A stretch of 64,000 nucleotides of DNA from the human T2T-CHM13v2.0 reference genome, Homo sapiens. Made by a program: the position numbers and the translations under genes. Below, piece by piece: positions 26,914 to 43,986 of the stretch; positions within the stretch are counted from its first letter, which is position 1; each line of letters begins with the position of its first letter. The DNA is taken from assembly GCF_009914755.1 (NCBI RefSeq), contig NC_060943.1, one strand, 5' to 3'. The notes under the pieces are model-generated. The model had not been told where the DNA came from and searched no databases. It saw nothing but the letters and a program-made list of their open reading frames with translations.

Positions 26914-28608
26914 AAGCGACGTTGAAGTTGATGCATTTGCAGAGCATGCTTATCATCAGGCTTGGACAATGGCGGGGTTCTGTTTTGGTTTTGCTTTTTC
27001 ATTCTAAGACAGGATCTCTGTTGCCCAGGCTGGAGTGCGGTGGCAGTGGCATGTCCAACCTAGCCCTCTTGGATTCAAATGGTCCTTTTTTGCAAGCAAA
27101 GTCTCTCTCTCTCACCCAGGCTGGAGTGCAGTGATGTGATCTCGGCTCGCCGCAACCCCCGCCTCCTGGGTTCAAGCGATTCTCCTGCTTCAGCTTCCCA
27201 AGTAGCTGAGATTACAGGCACCCATCACCACACCTGGATAATATTTGTATTTTTAAAAATTCATTTATTTATTTATGAGACGGAGTCTCGCTGTCACCCA
27301 TGCTGGAGGGCAGTGACACGATCTCGGCTCACTGCAATCTCTGCCTCCTGGGTTCAAGCAATTCTTCCTCAGCCTCCTGACTAGCTGGAATTACAGGAGC
27401 ACACCACCGCACCTGGCTACTTTTTGTATTTTTTTTTTAGTAGAAATGGGATTTCACCATGTTGGTTAGACTGGTCTCAAACTCCTGACCTCAAGTCATC
27501 CGCCCACCTCTGACTCTTTCTGGGATTGCAGGTATGCGCCCCCACGCCTGGCCTAATTTTTGAATGTTTAGCAGAGATGGGGTTTCACCATGTTGGCCAG
27601 GCTGAACTCAGCTCCTGACCTTAGGTGATCTGCCTGCCTCGGCCTCCCAAAGTGCTGAGAATACAGGCGTGAGCCACCGCGCCTGGCCATCAACACCTTT
27701 TACCCCACAGAAATTATTCTGGCACTGGTTTATGGAACTTCACTTGGGGTCAGGTAGAGGTGAAGGGGACCCCAATGTCCCTTGCAGATGGGATGTGTAC
27801 TGCTCAGCAAGAGCATGGAGGTGGAGTGCATGGGGTTTGAGTTTTCATTGGGGAAATGAAGCTGAAATCTTGGGTGCATGACCAGGTCGTATATGCAACG
27901 AGACGGGCGTCTCACTATGCCGCCCAAGCTAAAGTGGGCTTAGATCCTCCTGCCTCTGGCCCTCCCCAGTCCTTAGTAGCTGGGACTACATGTGAATATT
28001 AACTCATGTACAGGAAGAGGAAAGTAAGGACTGTTCTTTGATTCATGCCCCACCCCCACTTAAATTTCTATTTCAGATAAACAATGTATTTGAGATGTAC
28101 TTGAACAACAAATGATTTGCTGTTTAGGTGTGGGCATCTTTTTTTGTTCCTAATTTTAAGTATAGGACAAGGCTGGGTACCACGGCTCACACCTGTGATT
28201 CCATCATTTTGGGAGGCCAAGACAGGAGGATCACCTGAGGTCAGTTGTTTGAGACCAGCCTGGCCAACATGGTGAATCCCCATCTCTACTAAAAATACAA
28301 AACTTAGCCCAGTGTGGTGGTGGTACACGCCTGTAATCCCAGCTACTCAGGAGGCTGAGGCAGGAGAATCACAGGAAGCCGGGAAGCTGAGCTCTCAGTG
28401 AGCTGAGATCGCACCACTGAACTCCAGCCTAGGCAACAGTGAGACTCAATCTCAAAAAAATAAAAAATAGGCCGGGTGCGGTGGCACACGCTTGTAATCC
28501 CAGCACTTTGGGAGGTCGAGACGGGTGGATCACCTCAGGTCAGAGTTCAAGAGCAGCCCCGCCATCAAGACAAAACCTCCTCTCTACTAAAAATGCAAAA
28601 TATAGCTA

Positions 28609-28901
<293 letters not shown>

Positions 28902-29269
28902 AACGTTGAAGATGCTGCTGATCTTGGTAACACATTTGCAGAGCGTGCTTATCATCAGACGTGCATGATGTTGGGGTTCTGTTTGTTTTGTTTTTTTTTT
29001 CCAAGACAGTGTCTCTGTTGCCCAGACTAGAGTGGGTGGCACCTCCAACCGAGATCTCTTGGGCTCAAGTGGTCCTCTTTTTATTTTTTGATTTTTTGAG
29101 ACCCACTCTGGTTTCACTGGGAGTGCAGTAGCAGAATCTCTGTTGACCGGAAACTCCACCTCTCAGGTTCCAGTGTTTCTACCACCTCAGCCTGCCGAAT
29201 CATTGGGAATTCAGTTGCCTGCCATCAGGTCTTGCTAATTATTATTGTTTTTTTGTTTTTTTTTTTTGA

Positions 29270-29545
<276 letters not shown>

Positions 29546-29638
29546 TAATCTCAAATGGTCCTGTAGAGTCAGCCTAGACTGTGGTCTATCTTGGAGGATG
29601 TTTGTGTGTGAGACAATGTATATTCTTCAACATTGTAG

Positions 29639-29761
29639 ATTCCATTTTGGATGCTTCCATCGGGACTGTGTGCCCCTGTCCTGGAACTCAGCTGAACACT
29701 TGGCTCAAAATCCATTGCTGTTCTCTGGAAATTCTGCCCTAATCTCTTGGTTAAATATAAG
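29639..29761 (+). other. Repeated 123-nt exon
   Basis: TGTAG| ... AAG|GTATGT. Confidence 0.78.
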
Positions 29762-30005
29762 GTATGTGTAGTAGGCTTTGCTTTTTCTCTTTGGGGACAA
29801 AACTCAGGAGGGTTGCCCCTTGGTGAACAAGGCTAACCTGCTGAGCCTTTGAAGCAAGGAACTGGAGATGGTCCTTTTAGGGGTTTATGTTCTGGATTCC
29901 AGAAAATATGCAAACAGGGCCAATAAATGCATCTTTATTTTGTGTGTATTTTAACCTGGTCAAGGAAAATTCCAACAAGAAACCCAGAGTGCTGGAGCAA
30001 GAAGA

Positions 30006-30093
30006 TCCCATGCTGTGACCCTCTAGAGGAAGCACTTTCTGTTTGTTGTCTGAGAAAAAACAAAGTGCTTCCCTTTAGAGTTACTGTTTGGGA
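30006..30093 (+). ncRNA. MIR520H: pre-miR-520h
   Basis: 3p ACAAAGTGCTTCCCTTTAGAGT; 2-nt deletion relative to 520g. Confidence 0.95.
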
Positions 30094-30291
30094 AAAGCAG
30101 TGTTGAAGTTGATGCTGATGTTGGTAATATATTTGCATGCTTATCATCAGACTTGGATGATGTTGGGGTTCTGGGTTTTTTTTGTTTTCTAAGACAGGGT
30201 CTCTGTGGCCCAGGCTGGAGTACAGAGGCACTTCCAACCTAGGTCTCTTGGGCTCAAATGGTCCTTTTTGGGACAGAGTCTTGCTCTGTGA

Positions 30292-30504
<213 letters not shown>

Positions 30505-32499
30505 TGACTCCAACCTCTGTCTCTCAGGTTCAAGCAATTCTCCTGCCTCAGCCTCCTGAGTAGCTGGAATTACAGGCGCTTACCACCACGCCTGACTGCT
30601 TTTCGAATGTGTGCGTATGTGTGTGTATGTGTGTTAGAGAGAAAGAGAGAGAGAGAGATGGAGTTTCACTCTTGTTGCCCAGGCTGGAGGGCAATGACAT
30701 GATCTCGGCCCATACAACCTCAGCCTCCTGGGTTCAAGTGATTCTCCTGCCTCAGCCTCCTGAGTAGCTAGGATTACAGGCATGTGCCACCACACCTGGC
30801 TAATTTTGTATTTTTAGTAGATATGGGGCTTCCCCATGTTGGTCAGGCTGGTCTCGAACTCCTGACCTCAAATGATTCACCTGCCTCAGTCTCCCAAAGT
30901 GCTGGGATTACAGGTGTGAGCCAACATGCCCGGCCTGAATTTTTTTTTTTTTTTTTTTTTTTTCAAGTAAAGACGGGGTTTCACCATGTTGACCAGGCTG
31001 GTCTCAAACCTCTGAACTCACGTGAGCTGCTCGCCTCGGCCTCCCAAAGGCATGAGCCATGGTGCGTGGCCATCAACACCTCTTACTTTATCGAAATTTT
31101 TCTGGCACTGGTATAGAACCTCACGTGGGGTCAGGTGGAGTTGAAGGGACCTCAGTGTCCCTGCAGATGGGATGAGCAAGAGCACGGAGGTGGAGTGCAT
31201 GGGGCTTCAGTGTTTATTGGGGAAATGAAGCTGAAATCTTGGGTGCGTGACCAGGAAATAAATGCATGAGACGGGGGTCTCACTATGCCACCCTGGCTAA
31301 AGTGGGCTTAGATCCTCCTGCCTCTGCCCCCCGCAGTCCTTGCTAGATGGGACTACATGTGAATATTAACCCATGCACAGACAAGAAGAATGTAAGAACC
31401 ATTATTTGGTTCACACCGGGCCCTCAGTTAAACTTGTATTTTAGACAAACAATGTATCTGAGATGTCCTTGAACAACAAATGATTTGCTGTTCAGGTGTG
31501 GGCATCTTTGTTTTTTCCCTAATTTTAATGATGGGACTAGTCTGGGTACGGTGGCTCCCGCCTGTAATTCCAGCACTTTGGGAGGCTGAGATAGGAGGAT
31601 CACCTGAGGTCAGTTGTTTGAGACCAGCCTCGCCAACATGATGAAACCTCGTCTGAACTAAAAATATAGATATTAGCCAGACGGGGTGGTGGTGCACCCC
31701 TGCAATCCCAGCTACTCAGGAGGCTGAGGCAGGAGAATCACTTGAAGCCAGGAGGCTGAGCTTTCAGTGAGCTGAGATTGAGCCACTGCACTCCAGCCTG
31801 GGCAACAGAGTGAGACTCAGTCTCAAAAAAGTAAAAAATAGGCTGGGTGTGGGCCGGGCGCGGTGGCTCACGCCTGTAATCCCAGCACTTTGGGAGGCCG
31901 AGGTGGGTGGATCACAAGGTCAGGAGACTGAGACCATCCTGGCTAACACGGTGAAACCCTGTCTCTAGTAAAAATACAAAAAAAAAAAAAAAATTAGCCA
32001 GACGTGATGGTGTGCGCCTGTACTCCTAGCTACTCAGAAGGCTGAGGCAGGAGAATGGCCTGAGCCCGGGAGGCGGAGCTTGCAGTTAGCTGAGATCGCA
32101 CCACTGCACTCCAGCCTGGGTGACAGAGCAAGACTCCGTCTCAAAAAAAAAAAAAAAAAAAAAAAGGCGGGGTGTGGTAGTGCACATCTGTAATCCCAGC
32201 ATTTCGGGAGGCCAAGACAGGAATTACCTGAGGTCAGGAGTTCAAGACCAACAGGGCCAACATGGCAAAACCTCGTCTCTACTAAAAATACAAAAATTAT
32301 CTGGGTGCAGTGGTACACATCTGTAATTCCGGCTACCCAGAGGCTGAGGCAGGAGAATAGCTTGAACCCAGGAGGAGGAGATTTCAGTGAGCTGAAATCA
32401 CACCATTGCACTTCAGCCTGGGCCACAGAGCAAGATTGTGTCTCAAAAATAAATAAATAATAAAAATGACATAAAATCAATAAATAAAAATAAATACAT

Positions 32500-32599
32500 A
32501 AATACAGGAACATCATTAATTTGGATGTCACCTTTGTGCAGGGGCCAGGGTAATCTCTGTCATTCCAATTTTTTTTATGTGCACTGCCAAAGCAAGCAC
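32500..32599 (-). pseudogene. Degenerate U6 snRNA copy
   Basis: TTTGTGCAGGGGCCAGGGTAATCTCTGTCATTCCAATTTT...CTGCCAAAGCAAGCAC. Confidence 0.84.
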
Positions 32600-32769
32600 T
32601 CATGTAGGAATTATCCTTCCTGTGAGCATATAATATATGGAACATTCTTTGAGACAGGGTCTCAAAAATATGATGTGTATTTCATCATATATATAATATA
32701 ATCGTATACACACAAAATACTGTTTAAATACAGAGAATACCCTGATATCACCTTGGGTATTTTTCTTTG

Positions 32770-32773
<4 letters not shown>

Positions 32774-32814
<41 letters not shown>
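32774..32814. repeat. (TG)n microsatellite
   Basis: About 20 TG units. Confidence 0.95.
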
Positions 32815-32817
<3 letters not shown>

Positions 32818-33202
32818 TTTGGTTATTTCTGAGACAAGGTCTGGCTCTATCGCCCAGGCTGGAGTGTAGTGGTGTGATCTCAACTCACTGCAACCTCCGC
32901 CCCCCACCTAAACCTGCTGAATTAGTGTCTACAGGCATGCACCAGCACACCTGGCTAACTTTTGTATTTTTTGTACATATGGGGTTACACCATGTTGCCG
33001 GGGCTGGCCTCTAACTCCTGAGCTCAGGTGATCCTCCCGCCTCAGCCCCTAAAGTGCTGGGATTAGAGGTGTGAGCCACCGCACCCCAGCCATACTTGTG
33101 TATTTCTATTCAAATTTTATTGAGGAGTTTTTACCGCCCAGCCTGTGGTCTATCCTGGAGAATGTTTGTGTGTGCGACAATGTATATTCTTCACCATCGT
33201 AG

Positions 33203-34366
33203 ATTCCGTTTTGGATGCTCCCATCGGGACTGTGTGTCCCTGTGCTGGAACTCGAGTGAACACTTGGCTCAAAATCCACTGCTGTTCTCTAGAGATCTGT
33301 AGGGTCCAGCCCTACTGGGCCTGTGGGTTTTTCTCTTCGTGAGCAGATAGGAGAGATTGTAGAAATAAAGACACAAGACAAAGAGAGAGAAGAAAAGGCA
33401 GCTGGGCCTGGGGGACCACTACCACCAAGACGTGGAGACCGGTAGTGGCCCCGAATGCGTGGCCGCGCCGTTATTTATTGTATACGAGGCAAAAGGGCAG
33501 GGTAAGAAGTGTGAGTCTTCTCTAATGATAGGTAAGATGACGCGAGTCACGTGTCCACCGGACAGGGGGCCCCTTCCCTATTTGGTAGCTTAGGCGGAGA
33601 GAGATTGGGGACAGCTTACGTCATTATTTCTTCTATGTATTTCTCGGAGAGATCAAAGACTTTAATACTTTCACTTATTCTGCTACCGTTATCTAGAAGG
33701 CGGAGCCAGGTGTGCAGAGCGGAACGTGAAAGTGGACCAGGAGCGTGACCGCTGAAGCACAGCATCACAGGGAGACGTTTAGGCCACCAGACGGCTGCGG
33801 GCGGGCTTGACTGATGTCAGGCTTTCCACAAGAGGTGGTGGAGCAGAGTCTTCTCTAACTCCCCTGGAGAAAGGGAGACTCCCTCTCCGGGTTTGGGAAG
33901 GTAAGGGGGTCCTTCCCAGGCACTGGCGCTACCGCTGTGCTAAGTGACGGGTGCCTTCCCCCTGGTGTTACCGCTGGACCAGGGAGCCCTCTAGTGGCCG
34001 TGTCCGGGCATGACAGAGGGCTCACGCTCTTGTCTTCTGGTCGCTTCTCACCGTGTCCCTTCAGCTCCTATCTCTGTATGGCCTGGTTTTCCCTAGGTTA
34101 TGATTGTAGAACAAAGATTATTATAATATTGGAATAAAGAGTAATGCTACAAACTAATGATTAATAATATTCATATATAATCATATCTATAATCTATTTC
34201 TAGTATAACTAGTCTTATTCTATATATTTTCTTTGTTATACTGGAACGGCTTGTGGTGAGTTTCTTTATTATACCGGAACAGCTTGTGCCTTCGGTCTCT
34301 TGCCTCGGCACCTGGGTGGCTTGCCACCCACAGAAATCCTGCCCGTTTCTCTTGGTTAAATATAAT
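33203..34366 (+). other. Repeated exon copy interrupted by a solo LTR
   Basis: Exon sequence stops at TCTAGAGATC (33297) and resumes at GAAATCCTGCCC (34333); donor degraded to AAT|GTATTT. Confidence 0.8.
33298..34332 (-). mobile_element. Solo LTR, LTR13-like (ERVK class), about 1035 bp
   Basis: TG...CA termini; minus-strand start TGTGGGTGGCAAGCCACCCAGGTGCCGAGGCAAGAGAC resembles recalled LTR13 consensus; 6-bp TSD GAGATC/GAAATC. Confidence 0.85.
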
Positions 34367-34560
34367 GTATTTCTAGTAGGCATTGCTTCTTCTTTCCAGA
34401 GACAAAACTCAGGAGGATTGTGCTATGATAAACAAGGCTAACCTGCTGATTCTCTGAAGCAAGGAACTGGAGATGGTCCTTCTAAGGGTTTATATTCTGG
34501 ATTCCAGGAAACATGCAAACAGGACCCATAAATGCATCTTTATTTTGGTGCCCATTTTGA

Positions 34561-35017
<457 letters not shown>

Positions 35018-35759
35018 AAAGCAGCATTGAAGTTGACGCTGATCTTGGTAATACATTTGCAGAGCATGCTTATGGTCAGACGTGGATGATGGTGGGGTTT
35101 TGTTTTTGTTTTGTTTTTTATCTGAGACAGGGTGTCTCTGTTGCCCAGGCTGGAGTGCAGTGGCACATCCAACCTAGATCTCTTGGGCTCAAGTGGTCCT
35201 CTTTTTGAAACAGAGTCTCACTCTGTTACCCTGGCTGGAGTTCAGTGGCAGGAACTTGGCTCACTGCAATCTCTGTCTCCTGGGTTCAAGCAATTCTCTG
35301 GCCTCAGCCTCCCGAGCAGGGTTACAGGCATGTGCCACCACGCCCGGCTAATTTTTGCATTTTTTTAATTGATTTATTTGTTTGTTGTTGAGACAGTCTC
35401 ACTCTGTTGCCCAGGCTGTAGTGCAGTGGTGTGATCTCAGCTCACCGCAACCTCCACCTCCCATGTCAGCCTCCTGAATACCTGTCTCCAGGCATGCACC
35501 CCCACACCTGGCTAACTTTTGCATTTTTTGTACAGATGAGGTTTCACCATGTTGCCCAGGCTGGTCTTGAACCCCTGAGCTCAAGTGGTCCTCCCACCTC
35601 GGCCTCCTAAACTGCTGTGATTAATGGTGTGAGCCACCGTGCCACACCCGTACTTGTTTGTTTCTGCTCAAATTGTATTGAGGAGCTTTTACATCCTAGT
35701 CTGTGGTCTATCCTGGAGGATGTTTGTGTATATAACAATGTACATTTTCAACATTTTAG

Positions 35760-35882
35760 ATTCCATTTTGGATGCTCCCATCGGGACTGTGTGTCCCTGT
35801 GCTGGAACTCGAGTGAACACTTGGCTCAAAATCCATTGCTGTTCTCTAGAAATCCTGCCCTATTCTCTTGGTGAAATATAAG
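35760..35882 (+). other. Repeated 123-nt exon
   Basis: TTTAG| ... AAG|GTATGT. Confidence 0.78.
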
Positions 35883-36127
35883 GTATGTCTAGTCGGCATT
35901 GATTTTTCTTTCTGGAGACAAAACTCAGGAGGGTTGCCCCTGCATGAACAAGGCTAACCTGCTGAGCCTTTGAAGCAAGGAACTGGAGATGGTTTTTTTA
36001 GGGGTTTATATTCTGGATTCCAGAAAACATGCAAACAGGGACAATGAATGCATCTTTATTTTTCTGTCCATTTTAACCTGGTAAACGAAAATTTCACCAA
36101 AAAACCCAGAGTCCTGGAGCAAGAAGA

Positions 36128-36214
36128 TCTCAGGCTGTGACCCTCCAAAGGGAAGAACTTTCTGTTGTCTAAAAGAAAAGAACGCACTTCCCTTTAGAGT
36201 GTTACCGTGTGAGA
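36128..36214 (+). ncRNA. MIR521-1: pre-miR-521-1
   Basis: 3p AACGCACTTCCCTTTAGAGTGT. Confidence 0.95.
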
Positions 36215-37010
36215 AAAGCAACGTTGAAGCTGATGCTGATCTTGGTAATAAGTTTGCAGAGCCTGCTTATCATCAGACTTGGACGACGGTGTAGTTCTGT
36301 TTTGGTTTTGAGTTTTTTGTTTGTTTGTTTTGTTTTGCTTTTGAGATGGAGGCTTGCTCTGTCGCCCAGGCTGGAGTGCAGTGGCGTGTTCTCAGCTCAC
36401 TGCAACCTCCGCCTCCCAGGTTCACGCCATTCTTCTGCCTCTTGAGTAGCTGGGACTACAGGCGCCCGCCACCACGCCTGGCTAATTTTTTGTATTTTTA
36501 GTAGACACAGAGTTTCACTGTGTTGGCCAGGATGGTCTTGATCTCCTGACCTTGTGATCCACCCGCCTTGGCCTCCAAAAGTGCTGGGATTACAGGCGTG
36601 AACCACTGCGCCCGGCCTTAATTTTTGTATTTTTAGTAGAGACAGGAGGCTGAGCTTTCAGTGAGCTGAGTTCGTTCCACTGCACTCCAGCCTGGGCAAC
36701 AGAGTGAGACTCCATCTCAAAAAAATAAAAAATAGGCCGAGCGTGGTGGCACATGCCTGTAATCCCAGCCCTTTGGGAGGCCGAGACAGGTGGATCACCT
36801 GAGGTCAGGAGTTAAAGGCTGGCTGGGCCAACAAGGCAAAACCTCGACTCTACTAAAAATACAAAATTACACCTGTAATCTTAGCTGCTTGGGGGGCTGT
36901 GGCAGAAGAACCTCTTGAACCCAGGAAGAGGAGATTGCAGTGAGACGAAATCATACCATTGCACTCTAGCCTGGGCGACAGAGCGAGATTCTGTCTCAAA
37001 AAATAAATCA

Positions 37011-37808
<798 letters not shown>

Positions 37809-37891
37809 TGATATATTTTTATATATGTAATATCACATACACACAAAATACTCTTCTATGCACAGAGAATAGTCTTATATCACTTTGGGTA

Positions 37892-37893
<2 letters not shown>

Positions 37894-37938
<45 letters not shown>
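37894..37938. repeat. (TG)n microsatellite
   Basis: About 22 TG units at the paralogous module position. Confidence 0.95.
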
Positions 37939-37941
<3 letters not shown>

Positions 37942-38332
37942 GTTTGGTTGGTTATTTTTGAGACAAGGTCTGGCTCTGTCATCCAGGCTGGAGTGTAGTG
38001 GTGTGATCTCAGCTCACTGCAACCTCCACCCCCGACCTAAGCCTACTGAATTAGTGTCTACAGGCACGCACTACCACACCTGGCTCACTTTTGTATTTTT
38101 TGTACACATGGGGTTTCACAATGTTGCCGGGGCTGGTCTCAAACTCCTGTGCTCAGGTGATCCTCCCATCACGGCCTCCTAAAGTGCTGGAATTAGAGGT
38201 GTGAGCCGCCACGCCCCACCTGTACTTGTGTATCTCTGTTCAAATGTTACTGAGGAGCTTTTACAGCGTAACCTGTGGTCTATCCTGGAAAATGTTTGTG
38301 TGTGAGACAATGTACATTCTTCAACATCTTAG

Positions 38333-38455
38333 ATTGCAGTTTGGATGCTCCCGTCAGGACTGTGTGTCCCTGTGCTGGGACTCAAGTGAACACTGGGCTC
38401 TCCATCCATTGCTGTTGTCTAGAAATCCAGCCCAATTCTCTTGGGTAAATATGAG
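38333..38455 (+). other. Repeated 123-nt exon
   Basis: CTTAG| ... GAG|GTATGT. Confidence 0.78.
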
Positions 38456-38700
38456 GTATGTGTAGTAGGCATTGCTTTTTCTTTCTGGAGACAAAGTTCA
38501 GGAGGATTGCCCCTTGATAAACAAAGCTAACCTGCTGATTCTTTGAAGCAAGGAACTGGAGATGGTCCTTTTAGGGGTTTATATTCTGGATTCCAGAAAA
38601 CATGCAAACAGGACCAATAAATGCGTGCTTATTTTTGTGTCTGTTTTAACCTGGTCAAGGAAAATTCCAACAAAAAATCCACGATGCTGGAGCAAGAAGA

Positions 38701-38787
38701 TCTCAGGCTGTGTCCCTCTAGAGGGAAGCGCTTTCTGTTGTCTGAAAGAAAAGAAAATGGTTCCCTTTAGAGTGTTACGCTTTGAGA
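38701..38787 (+). ncRNA. MIR522: pre-miR-522
   Basis: 3p AAAATGGTTCCCTTTAGAGTGT. Confidence 0.96.
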
Positions 38788-39517
38788 AAAGCATCGCTGA
38801 TCTTGGTAACACATTTGCAGAGAATGCTTATAATCAGACGTGGATGATGTTGAAGTTTTGCGTTTGTTTTGTTTTGTTTTTTTTCCTAGACAGGGTGTCT
38901 GCTGCCCAAACTGGAGTGCGGTGGCACTTCCAACCTAGACCTCTTGGGTTTAAGTGGCCCTCTATTTTGGGATAGAGTCTTGCTCTGTGGCCCTGGCTGG
39001 AGTGCAGTGTCAGGAACTCTGCTCACTGCGACCTCTGCCTCCTAGGTTCAAGCGATTCTCTTGCCTCAGCCTCCTGAGCAGCTGGGATTACGGGCATGTG
39101 CCACCATGCCTGGCTAATTTTTGTATTTTTTATTATTTATTTATTTATTTATTTTTGAGACAGAGTCTCGCTCTGTCACCCAGGCTGAAGTGCAGTGGTG
39201 CGATCTTGGCTCACCGCAACCTCTACCTCCCACCTCAGCCTCCTGAACAGCTGTCTCCAGGCGTGCACCACCACACCTGGCTAACTTCTGTATTTCTTTT
39301 ACAGACATGGTTTCACCATGTTGCCCGGGCTCATCTTGAACTCCTGAGCTCAAGTGATCCTCCCGCCTCAGCCTCCTAAAGTGCTGTGAGCCACCGTGTC
39401 CCAACAGTACTTGTGTGTTTCTGTTCAAATTGTATTGAGGAGCTTTTACAGCATAGCCTGTGGTCTCTCCGGGAGAATGTTTTTGTTTACGACAATGTAT
39501 ATTCTTCAACATCGTAG

Positions 39518-39640
39518 ATTCCATTTTGGATGCCCTCATTGGGACTGTGTGTCCCTGTACTGGAACTCAAGTGAACACTTGGCTCAAAATCCATTGCTGT
39601 TCTCTAGAAATCCAGCCTAATTCTCTTGGTTAAAGGTAAG
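39518..39640 (+). other. Repeated 123-nt exon with tandem donors
   Basis: CGTAG| ... AAAG|GTAAG|GTATGA. Confidence 0.75.
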
Positions 39641-39886
39641 GTATGAGTAGTAAGCATTGCTTTTTCTCTTTGGGAACAAAACTCAGGAGGATTGCCCCTT
39701 GATGAACAAAGCTAACCTGTTGATTCTTTGAGGGAAGGAACTGGAGATGGTCCTTTTAGGGGTTTATGTTCTGGATTCTAGAAAACACACAAACCGGACA
39801 AATAAATGCATCTTTATTTTTGTGTCTATTTTAACCTCGTCAAGGAAGATTCCAACAAAAAATCCACAGTGCCGGAGCAAGAAGAC

Positions 39887-39971
39887 CTCAGGCTGTGACA
39901 CTCTAGAGGGAAGCGCTTTCTGTTGTCTGAAAGAAAGGAAAGTGCATCCTTTTAGAGTGTTACTGTTTGAG
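39887..39971 (+). ncRNA. MIR519A1: pre-miR-519a-1
   Basis: 5p CTCTAGAGGGAAGCGCTTTCTG; 3p AAAGTGCATCCTTTTAGAGTGT. Confidence 0.95.
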
Positions 39972-40084
39972 AAAAGCAACATTGAAGCTGATGCTGATCT
40001 TGGTAATAAATTTGCAGCGAATGCTTATAATCAGACTTGGATGATGTTGGGCTTCTGAGTTTTTTTTTGTTTTGTTTTGTTTAG

Positions 40085-40312
<228 letters not shown>

Positions 40313-40346
40313 TAGCCAGGATGGTCTCGATCTCCTGACCTCGTGA

Positions 40347-40582
<236 letters not shown>

Positions 40583-40588
40583 TAGTAG

Positions 40589-40759
<171 letters not shown>

Positions 40760-40989
40760 TAACATAGATCTCTTGGGCTCGAGTGGTCCTTTTTTTTGGT
40801 TCAGTCTTGCTTTGTGACCCAGGCTGGAGGGCAGTGGCAGAAACTCTCCTCACTGCAACCTCCGCCTCCTAGGTTCAAGCCATTCTCCTGACTCAGCCTC
40901 CTGAGCAGCTGGGATTACCGGTGTGAGCCACCACACCCAGCTAATTTTTGTATTTTTATTTATTTGTTTATTTATTTATTTATTGTTGA

Positions 40990-41133
<144 letters not shown>

Positions 41134-41141
41134 TAATTTAG

Positions 41142-41259
41142 ATTCCATTTTGGATGCTCCCATCGGGACTGTGTCCCTGTACTGGAACTCACGTGAACAC
41201 TTGGTTGAAAATCCGTCGCTTTTCTCTAGACATCCAGCTCAGTTCTCGGTAAAGATAAG
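41142..41259 (+). other. Repeated exon whose acceptor region is replaced by Alu sequence
   Basis: Alu ...GGCTAATTTAG| joined directly to ATTCCATTTTGG; AAG|GTATGT. Confidence 0.62.
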
Positions 41260-41504
41260 GTATGTGTAGTAGGCATTGCTTTTTCCCTTTAGAGACAAAA
41301 CTCAGGAGGATTGCCCCTTGGTGAACAAGGCTAACTTGCAGATTCTCTGAAGCAAGGAACTGGAGATGGTCCTTTTAGGGGTTTATGTTCTGGATTCCAG
41401 AAAACATGCAAACAGGGGCAATGAATGCATCTTTATTTTTGTGTCCGTTTTGACCTGGTCAAGGAAAATTTCAACAAGAAACCCAGAGTGCCGGAGCAAG
41501 AAGA

Positions 41505-41589
41505 TCTCAAGCTGTGACTGCAAAGGGAAGCCCTTTCTGTTGTCTAAAAGAAAAGAAAGTGCTTCCCTTTGGTGAATTACGGTTTGAGA
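41505..41589 (+). ncRNA. MIR527: pre-miR-527
   Basis: 5p CTGCAAAGGGAAGCCCTTTC; 3' arm AAAGTGCTTCCCTTTGGTGAAT. Confidence 0.94.
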
Positions 41590-42386
41590 AAAGCAACGTT
41601 GAAGTTGATGCTGATCTCGGTAATACATTTGCAGAGCATGCTTATCACACTTGGACGGTGGTGGGGTTCTGTTTTGGTTTTGCTTTTTTATTCTAAGACA
41701 GGGTCTGTGTTGCCCATGCTGGAGTGCGGTGGCACATCCCACCTAGGTCTCTTGGATTCAAATGGTCCTTTTTGGGGGCAGAGTCTCTCTATCACCGAGG
41801 CTGGAGTGCAGTGATCCCATCTTGGCTCACTACAACCTCCGCCTCCCAGGTTCAAGCAATTCTCCTGCTTCGGCCTCCCAAGTAGCTGAGATTTACAGGT
41901 GCCCATCCCCACACCTGGATAATATTTGGTTTTATTCATGTATTTATTTATTTTTAAGATGGAGTCTCACTGTCACCCAGACTGGAGGGCAGTGGCACGA
42001 TCTCGGCTCGCTGCCACCTGCGCTTCCCTGGTTCAAGTAATGCTTCTGCCTTAGCCTCCTGAGTAGCTGGAATTACAGAAGTACACCACCACACCTGGCT
42101 ACTTTTTATATTTCATTTTTAATACAGACTGGATTTCACCATGTTGGCTAGTATTATATATATTTTGTCATATATTCTTATATATATAATCATATACACA
42201 CAAAATACTCTTCTGCACACGAAGAGTATTCTTATATCGCTTTGGGTTTTTTTGTTTGTGTGTTTGTTTTGTGTTTGTTTCTTTGTTTTTGAGACAACGT
42301 CTGGCTCTGTTGCTCAGGCCAAAGTGTAGTATTGCAAGCTCAGCTCACTGCAACCTCCACCTCCCACCTAAAGTCCCCTGAATTAG

Positions 42387-42638
<252 letters not shown>

Positions 42639-42780
42639 TGACCTCAAGTGATCCACCTGCCTCGACCTCCCAAAGTGCTAGGATTACAGGTGAGAGACAT
42701 TGCACCTGGCCACCTAACTTTTGTAGTTTTTTTACAGACAGGGCTTCACCATATTGCCCAAGCTGGTCTCCAGCTACTGA

Positions 42781-43026
<246 letters not shown>

Positions 43027-43085
43027 TAGTGAAGACAGGGTTTCACTGGATTAGCCAGGATGGTCTTGATCTCCTGAGCTCGTGA

Positions 43086-43358
<273 letters not shown>

Positions 43359-43384
43359 TAGCCAGGATGGTCTTGATCTCCTGA

Positions 43385-43738
<354 letters not shown>

Positions 43739-43863
43739 TGAGCCACCGCGCCCAGCTTCTGTATTTCTTTTCAAATTTTATTGAGGATTTTTTATGTCCT
43801 AGCCTGTGGTCTATCCTGGAGGATGTTTGTGTGTGAGACAATGTATATTCATCAACATCTTAG

Positions 43864-43986
43864 ATTCCATTTTGATTGCTTCCGTAGAAACTGTGTGTCC
43901 TTGTGCTGGAACTCCGGTGAACACCTGGCTCAATATCCATTGCTCTTCTCTAGAAATCCAGCCCAGTTCTCTTGGTTAAATATAAG
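43864..43986 (+). other. Repeated exon copy, donor lost
   Basis: CTTAG| intact; AAG|ATATGT. Confidence 0.7.
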
